Of a stretch of DNA of 64,000 bases, positions 58,040 to 64,000 are shown piece after piece. Made by a program: the position numbers and the translations under genes. This DNA is from Promethearchaeota archaeon (GTDB taxonomy: Archaea; Asgardarchaeota; Lokiarchaeia; Sigyniarchaeales; SOKP01). Within the stretch, counting starts at the first letter, position 1. The number at the start of each line of letters is the position of its first letter. The stretch lies in the NCBI GenBank assembly GCA_008080735.1, contig SHMW01000007.1, positions 1 through 64,000 on the forward strand. Reading direction: 5' to 3'. The notes below the pieces were generated by a model, which did no database searches, was not told where the DNA came from, and was given only the letters and a program-made list of their open reading frames with translations.

Positions 58040-59749
58040 ATGGGACTAAAATTAGCTTCATTTTTATCCGTAACAGCATTATTTGCTCTGGTCTACGCGG
58101 TAGTTTTTGCTATTATGTTTTGGTTTCTCGGAACTGCGTGGTGGTCATTACTCTTGATGATAGGTTTTACAGTGATGATTATTTTAATCCAATATGCAAT
58201 ATCGCCGTATCTGATACAATGGATATATGATATTGAATGGATAGATTATAATCAATATAAGGCACGTTATCCTCATTTAGCCAATACTCTTGATAAAGTT
58301 GTTAATATTAACAAGATTGATATGCCCAGAATGGGAATCATCCACGATAAGAATCCGAACGCGTTTACGTTCGGGCATACGAAAAATAATGCTCGAGTTG
58401 TATTAACGCAAGGTATCTTGGAATTCTTAGATGAAGACGAACAAAACGCAGTATTAGCTCACGAACTTGGTCATGTTATCCATTCTGACTTTATTCTGAT
58501 GACCATTGTATTCGCTATTCCTATGATCCTCTATACCATTGCCCGATGGGCATATTATGCCAGCTTTTTTAGGAGAGGACGTGGTAGCGACAGTGATGAG
58601 GCAGCTGCGGTAGGTTTAGCGCTCATTGCGATTGCGGCTCTTTCTTATCTGGCATATTATATTGGATCTCTTATAGCCCTGATAGTTAGTAGGATTAGGG
58701 AATATTATGCCGATGAGCATTCTGCAGAACTCTTGGAAAATCCTAATCATCTTGCTACTGGTCTTGTGAAAATTGCTTATGGTTTAGTAGCGGATCAAGG
58801 CATAAGTATAGAGGAACGTAATAAATCACGAGTTCGTGGTTTGAAAGGGTTAGGTATTTTCGATCCGAGTGATGCGAAACACCTTGCTGTTGAATCTGTG
58901 GGAAAGGGTGGAACCTATTCGATGGATGCGATCGAAGCAGCCGCAGCATGGGATCTCTATAATCCTTGGGCGAAATATTACCAAATATTCAGTACACATC
59001 CTCTACCAGCAAAGCGAATTCAACGTTTAAATCAACAATGCCAAGATTTCGGAATTCAACCAGAAATCGATCTCTCAAAGTCAAAGAAGATTAAAGAAGA
59101 ACAAGCGGGAAAATCGATGGCCGGGGAATTTTTGACCGATTTATTCTTCAAATATCTTCCTACCATCTTATTCATCCTATTCATCTTCTTCACTATATTT
59201 TGGTTATTAGATCTTGTAGGATTGATAGTTCTACCTTTTGGTTTGGGAGTTTCAGTGAATAATTTTCTTTTGATTGCGGGAGTATGGTTTTATGTGATTG
59301 GTTTCGGTTATATCGCACGGACTCAATTCATGTATAGAAGCGGATTCAAACCGATGAAAGTAGTGGATTTAATGACTAAAGTAAAAGCTTCCCCCGTTCG
59401 AAGTATACCCGCAATTATAGAAGGGAAGATCATTGGGAAGGGAATTCCGGGCTATTATTTCAGCGATGATATATACTTCCAAGATGAAACAGGCCTATTA
59501 TATATAGATTATCGTTTTGGAATAGGTCTAGTAGATTTCTTCTGGTCAATCCGGCGTGTTCCTCAACTTATCGGACAGAATGCCCGTATTAAGGGTTGGT
59601 TTAGGAGGGGTCCATCTCCGTATTTACAAGTGGACACAATAGAGGCAGGGGGTCGAAGTTTTAGGAACTATAGCAAACATCTGACTTATATCGGAGCAGT
59701 GATTTGCTTTATTATTGGAGCAGTGCTGTTTTATTTCTGGTTTATCTAA
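58040..59749 (+). CDS. htpX: HtpX-like M48 membrane zinc metalloprotease with C-terminal extension
   Basis: PNAFTFG, AHELGH, SRIREYYAD, FSTHP. Confidence 0.9.
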   Translation: MGLKLASFLSVTALFALVYAVVFAIMFWFLGTAWWSLLLMIGFTVMIILIQYAISPYLIQWIYDIEWIDYNQYKARYPHLANTLDKVVNINKIDMPRMGIIHDKNPNAFTFGHTKNNARVVLTQGILEFLDEDEQNAVLAHELGHVIHSDFILMTIVFAIPMILYTIARWAYYASFFRRGRGSDSDEAAAVGLALIAIAALSYLAYYIGSLIALIVSRIREYYADEHSAELLENPNHLATGLVKIAYGLVADQGISIEERNKSRVRGLKGLGIFDPSDAKHLAVESVGKGGTYSMDAIEAAAAWDLYNPWAKYYQIFSTHPLPAKRIQRLNQQCQDFGIQPEIDLSKSKKIKEEQAGKSMAGEFLTDLFFKYLPTILFILFIFFTIFWLLDLVGLIVLPFGLGVSVNNFLLIAGVWFYVIGFGYIARTQFMYRSGFKPMKVVDLMTKVKASPVRSIPAIIEGKIIGKGIPGYYFSDDIYFQDETGLLYIDYRFGIGLVDFFWSIRRVPQLIGQNARIKGWFRRGPSPYLQVDTIEAGGRSFRNYSKHLTYIGAVICFIIGAVLFYFWFI

Positions 59750-59755
59750 CTACTA

Positions 59756-59797
59756 CATTTTTTTTGTTTTTTTTATTTTATCCTTCTATTTTTTTCT
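59756..59797 (+). terminator. Oligo-T tract, probable archaeal terminator
   Basis: Multiple T-runs just after the htpX stop. Confidence 0.4.
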
Positions 59798-59882
59798 CGC
59801 CTCGTTTGATTAGAAAAGTTTCTTCACACCATATTACCTAATATATAGAAAAATTATTCTTTTTAGACAGACTGATCCAATT

Positions 59883-61136
59883 ATGGCACAAAACAAAGAT
59901 AAGCATGTAGAATTAATGGCTCCTTTAAAAAATCTGAAGTCATTGAATGCTGTATTGAACTCTGCTAATGCGATATATTTCGGAGTGGAAGATTTAAATA
60001 TGCGATCATTCGCGGATAATTTTCAGTTAAAAGATTTAGCTTATATAGTTCAGAAATGCCATGATAATAACCTTAAGGCTTATCTTACTTTAAATACAAT
60101 CGTTTATGAGAATGAATTTGACCTTATAGAAAAAATATTAGACAAAGCCGTGGAAGTAGAAATTGATTCGATTATAGTTCACGATATAGGGGTAATTAAT
60201 TTAATCAAAAAAAGAGGACTGGAATTTCATATTTCTACACAAGCAAATATTTCTAATTCTTATTCTGCGATGTTTTATGAGCAACTTGGAGCCAAACGGT
60301 TGATCCTTGCACGAGAATTATCGCTTGACCAAATTAAAAAGATCAAATCAAAAGTAAATAAAGCAGAAATAGAGACATTTGTACATGGAGCCCAATGTAC
60401 CTCAATTTCCGGGCGTTGTTATTTTTCCGCGGAAATATGCGGTGCACAAGACTATTCAGCGAATCGTGGGAAGTGTGTTCAACCATGTCGCGGCAAATGG
60501 AGTGTTTATGATGAAAATGAGAATGAATTTCTTTATGATGGAGTATTTTTTATTAATACTAAGGATCTGTGTATGATTGAACATATTCCAGAATTAATAG
60601 AAGCTAATATTGATGCGTTCAAGATAGAAGGAAGGATGCGCGATCCAATTTATATCGAGACCGTTTCTCAATGTTATCGAGAAGCCATAGATGCATATTA
60701 TAACTCTTCATTTTCAGAACAAAAAGTCGAGGGCTGGCTAATTAAACTCAAACGAGTGTATAATCGGGGATTTTCCACCGGATTCTATTTCGGTATGCCC
60801 GACGGAAAAGAAATTGTTAGGGAGAAGCACGGAAATATCTCGGAATATAGAAAAATGCAGATTGGAAAGGTGATTAACTACTTTCCGGAAAAGAAAGCTG
60901 CGAAATTATTACTCCATAGAGGGAAATTGAAATTAGGAGATGAGATCTTCATTATAGGAAAAAATACAGACACTTATCTACATCAAACGATTTCTTCAAT
61001 TCAGATTAAAAAGAAAAGAAACCTTGTGGAGACTCCGCCTATATCAAAAGGATCTCATTTACGGGTTGGAATAACTGTTGATGAAGAAGTGAAGAAAAAT
61101 GACGGAGTATATTTGTTAACAAACAAAGGAAAATAA
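59883..61136 (+). CDS. Peptidase U32 family protein (Fe-S, TrhP-like)
   Basis: ELMAP, HISTQAN, ILARELS, HGAQCTSISGRC, NRGKCVQPCR, FKIEGR. Confidence 0.9.
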   Translation: MAQNKDKHVELMAPLKNLKSLNAVLNSANAIYFGVEDLNMRSFADNFQLKDLAYIVQKCHDNNLKAYLTLNTIVYENEFDLIEKILDKAVEVEIDSIIVHDIGVINLIKKRGLEFHISTQANISNSYSAMFYEQLGAKRLILARELSLDQIKKIKSKVNKAEIETFVHGAQCTSISGRCYFSAEICGAQDYSANRGKCVQPCRGKWSVYDENENEFLYDGVFFINTKDLCMIEHIPELIEANIDAFKIEGRMRDPIYIETVSQCYREAIDAYYNSSFSEQKVEGWLIKLKRVYNRGFSTGFYFGMPDGKEIVREKHGNISEYRKMQIGKVINYFPEKKAAKLLLHRGKLKLGDEIFIIGKNTDTYLHQTISSIQIKKKRNLVETPPISKGSHLRVGITVDEEVKKNDGVYLLTNKGK

Positions 61137-61274
61137 GCAACAATAATAAAATTTTTTAAAATTATTTCTTTCTAAGCCTGTTGTATTTTTAAAGATTAAT
61201 TTATAAATTATTGACGATATGAATAAGAATCAATTAGTCCTCTTTATATTCAAAAAAAAGGAGGGAAAGAAAGG

Positions 61275-62099
61275 TTGAATAGTCTTTTTAAAGATTCTAT
61301 TAGAAAAATTTTAGATCTAGATGGGAAAGTAGCTATAGTTACGGGAGGTGCTGTAGGAATAGGAGAAGCTATAGCATATAGGTTAGCAGAACTTAACGCT
61401 AAAGTTTTAATTACTGATGTTGACGCAGAAAACGGAAAAAAAACAGCTAATAAAATTACTGATAATGGTGGTATTGCCGAATTTAAAATCGTTGATGTAA
61501 GCGATTTAAATATGGTAAGAGATTCCGTGGTTTATTGTGTTGAACAATTTAAGAAAGTGGATATTTTAGTTAACAATGCAGGAATCTTTCCGATGAGACC
61601 TATTTGGGATATCGATCAGGAGTTATGGGACAGAGTTATGGATATCAATTTGAAAGGATCTTTTTTTTATGCGAAAGAGGTAGCAAAAATGATGAAGAGT
61701 AATCAAATCGGAGGTAAAATTATAAATATAGCCTCTATTGATGCATTCCATCCAACAGGAAGTCTTATTCATTATGATAGCTCCAAGGGAGGAATGATAA
61801 TGATGACTAAAGCATTGGCTCTTGAACTAGCGCCTTTTAAAATTAATGTGAATGCAATAGCTCCAGGTGGGGTCTCCACACCAGGTGCAGATGAGGTCCA
61901 GTCAATTGCAAAACAACAGATGGAAAAAGCAGGGATGCAAGAACAAGCAATTCAAGATGCATTTACCGCACGCATTCCATTTGGCAGAATGGGTCAGCCT
62001 GATGAGATTGCAAGAGCAGTTATATTTTTAGCCACAGATCTATGTAGTTATGTAACAGGAGAAACTATAATCGTAGACGGAGGATACTTGCTTTCATAA
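61275..62099 (+). CDS. Short-chain dehydrogenase/reductase (FabG-like)
   Basis: TGGAVGIG, NNAG, YDSSK, VDGG. Confidence 0.92.
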   Translation: MNSLFKDSIRKILDLDGKVAIVTGGAVGIGEAIAYRLAELNAKVLITDVDAENGKKTANKITDNGGIAEFKIVDVSDLNMVRDSVVYCVEQFKKVDILVNNAGIFPMRPIWDIDQELWDRVMDINLKGSFFYAKEVAKMMKSNQIGGKIINIASIDAFHPTGSLIHYDSSKGGMIMMTKALALELAPFKINVNAIAPGGVSTPGADEVQSIAKQQMEKAGMQEQAIQDAFTARIPFGRMGQPDEIARAVIFLATDLCSYVTGETIIVDGGYLLS

Positions 62100-62150
62100 C
62101 GTATTGAATCTAATAAAAATCGGGATGAAAGCTTTGGAATCAAACAAGTC

Positions 62151-62948
62151 CTATCTTCCCATAAACTTACCAGCTACCTTTCCGACAAATTTCCGGGGTA
62201 ATAATCGTACGAGAGTAGTCATGAGTTTGTAGTGCCATCCTGGCACTGAAACGTCATCTCCTCTCATTGTTGCTTTGTAAGCTTTCTTAGCCACTTTTTC
62301 AGCATCCATAAGGATCAACTCTGTGATAACATTACCAGATTCCGACATAGTTTCCGTCAATTCTGTTCTTACAAAACCTGGACACAAGGTTGTTACGGAC
62401 ACACCCGTTCCTTCTAGCTCAATACTTAGAGACTCTGAAAAATTAAGAATATATGCTTTTGATCCAGCGTAAACTGAAGTGGTTGGAGTAGGAACTATTC
62501 CAGAGATCGACGAAACATTGAGAATTCGTCCGAATTTTCTCTTAATCATTTGAGGGACAAGTAATTTCGTTAGTCGGGTGGTTGTTATTATGTGAAGGGT
62601 AATCATGTCAAGTTCTTTTTTCCATCTTGTGGAATGATCAAATTTCCCAAATTCATTGAAGCCCGCATTATTGACTAATATATCCACTCTTAAAGAATTC
62701 TTTTCCAATATTGAAGCTACATCATCCGCCGCTTGAATTGATGCCAGATCTTTAGAGATGATGTATGTATCTGCTCCATAATTTTCTTTGAGATTAGATG
62801 CCAGTTTATTTAAAAGCTGTTCGCGTCTCGCAATGATTATCAAATCACACCCATTTTTCGCAAATATTTTTGCGAGTTCTCTTCCGATTCCACTTGAGGC
62901 GCCTGTGATTAAAGCTCTAGGTTTTATTATGGATCCATTTGAGGTCAT
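62151..62948 (-). CDS. Short-chain dehydrogenase/reductase
   Basis: TGASSGIG, NNAG, YAGSK, LCPGFVRT. Confidence 0.92.
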   Translation of the reverse strand: MTSNGSIIKPRALITGASSGIGRELAKIFAKNGCDLIIIARREQLLNKLASNLKENYGADTYIISKDLASIQAADDVASILEKNSLRVDILVNNAGFNEFGKFDHSTRWKKELDMITLHIITTTRLTKLLVPQMIKRKFGRILNVSSISGIVPTPTTSVYAGSKAYILNFSESLSIELEGTGVSVTTLCPGFVRTELTETMSESGNVITELILMDAEKVAKKAYKATMRGDDVSVPGWHYKLMTTLVRLLPRKFVGKVAGKFMGR

Positions 62949-63026
62949 TGTAAATTTCTCTCTTGATTTATTAATTTTGGTTTAAAAGTTTAATTATTAT
63001 ACAAATTTCACAAAAATATGCTAAAT

Positions 63027-63356
63027 TTAAGATTCCAATTTCAAACCTGCATGTTGCCAACCCCTTTTCCCCGCTTTAAAATCATATACGTTTTTATATC
63101 CCATCTCAATCAATTTCCTTGCCGAATTGGTACTCGAATGACATGAATAGCTAGCACAATAGACTACTATCGGAAAATTTTTATCAAACTTTTTAGGTAT
63201 AACCTTCTTAATCCTTTCTTCGGGAATATTGATTGCGCCTGGAATATGCTCCTTTTCATATTGATCTTCGCTAAGGACTTCTACTAAAGCAAAATCTTTA
63301 TCATTTTCTCTAAATTCAATTAGAGACTCAATCGGAATAATTTTTAAATCAGCCAT
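63027..63356 (-). CDS. Rhodanese-domain protein
   Basis: HIPGAINIP, VVYCASYSC, GW. Confidence 0.9.
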   Translation of the reverse strand: MADLKIIPIESLIEFRENDKDFALVEVLSEDQYEKEHIPGAINIPEERIKKVIPKKFDKNFPIVVYCASYSCHSSTNSARKLIEMGYKNVYDFKAGKRGWQHAGLKLES

Positions 63357-63497
63357 AATTTAACTCCATATTTTTATTTCAAATAATAAGATGGTTTATA
63401 TAACACTAATCTATATAAATTAGAAATCAAATCTCAAATCAGACTATTATTGTTAGCTTTTTAACATAAAAGTATTAAAAAAATAAGGACAGAATTA

Positions 63498-64000
63498 TTA
63501 AAAATCCTTATACTCGAAAGTTGAGAAGATTTCTTTAATTTTCTCCTTCTCCTCCTTTTCCAACCAAGTAGAACGACTATATTCCCTTATTTTTCCTAAT
63601 TTGGAAATTTTCGAAACCCATAAAGGATTATAGGGTAAGAGTTCAATCTTTTTTATTCCCTTTTTTTGGAGATATTCTTTCCAATTATTTAAATTCTGTT
63701 CCGTTGCGGTGATCTCCGGAATTAACGGGATACGTGGTAATAGCTCAATATCCTCTTTTTTTAATATTATTTCAAAATTCTGCAGAATCGTAGTGTTATC
63801 CTTCCCGCAATATCTCTTATGGTCTTTTGAGTCAAAGATCTTTAAATCGAAATATATTAGATCTAAATAGGGTAATATTAATTCGTAAAATTGTTCATAA
63901 GCAAAATGTCCACATGTTTCCAAGCAAACATGTATCTCATGTTTCTTTACTTTCTTTAAAAATTCATTTAAAAATTTCATTTGCATTGTCGCTTCACCCC
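63498..64000 (-). CDS. Glycyl-radical enzyme activating protein, 5' end outside the window
   Basis: Frame open to the window edge (..GEATMQ); ETCG, FDLK, RIPLIP, ELLPYN. Confidence 0.85.
   Translation of the reverse strand, partial: GEATMQMKFLNEFLKKVKKHEIHVCLETCGHFAYEQFYELILPYLDLIYFDLKIFDSKDHKRYCGKDNTTILQNFEIILKKEDIELLPRIPLIPEITATEQNLNNWKEYLQKKGIKKIELLPYNPLWVSKISKLGKIREYSRSTWLEKEEKEKIKEIFSTFEYKDF

Noticed and set aside
4416-62985. Many 60-160 aa ORFs in the track that are nested in or antisense to long genes (e.g. 4416-4604, 7374-7652, 26800-27276, 40527-41090)
   Set aside because: They overlap well-supported genes and show no recognisable motifs; they are best explained as shadow frames
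1-64000. rRNA, tRNA, CRISPR arrays, intact transposases or integrases
   Set aside because: None recognised by eye; tRNAscan-SE and CRISPR finders would be needed to exclude them formally

Overview
AT-rich, gene-dense prokaryotic chromosomal window that most resembles an Asgard archaeon (Lokiarchaeia-like). Indicators are a 7TM-longin fusion, a PGF-like C-terminal sorting tail, an LRR protein, a Ras-like small GTPase, a SAMP/MoaD ubiquitin-like protein, an archaeal-type ThyA and a UxxC peroxiredoxin-like selenoprotein. No rRNA, tRNA or CRISPR array was recognised. Highlights: (1) an arsenic-resistance-type operon (acr3, two arsC, nearby arsR) that contains a SAM-methyltransferase fused to an HgcA-like corrinoid protein (NVWCAARG), an HgcB-like ferredoxin, an ArsD-like CxC protein and a beta-grasp-like protein ending GC-TGA-TGA followed by a SECIS/kink-turn-like hairpin; (2) a tightly coupled four-gene operon of a degenerate AAA+ protein, an SMC5/6-like SMC, a kleisin and a kite; (3) a selenoprotein missed by the ORF track, with a candidate SECIS inside its own coding sequence; (4) a PadR-led operon encoding a BtrH-like peptidase, two DUF3795 proteins, a methyltransferase and a class II UvrA; (5) a P-type ATPase lacking key ion-binding acidic residues; (6) two unannotated micro-ORFs. 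All assignments come from reading motifs by eye; no database searches or folding programs were run.
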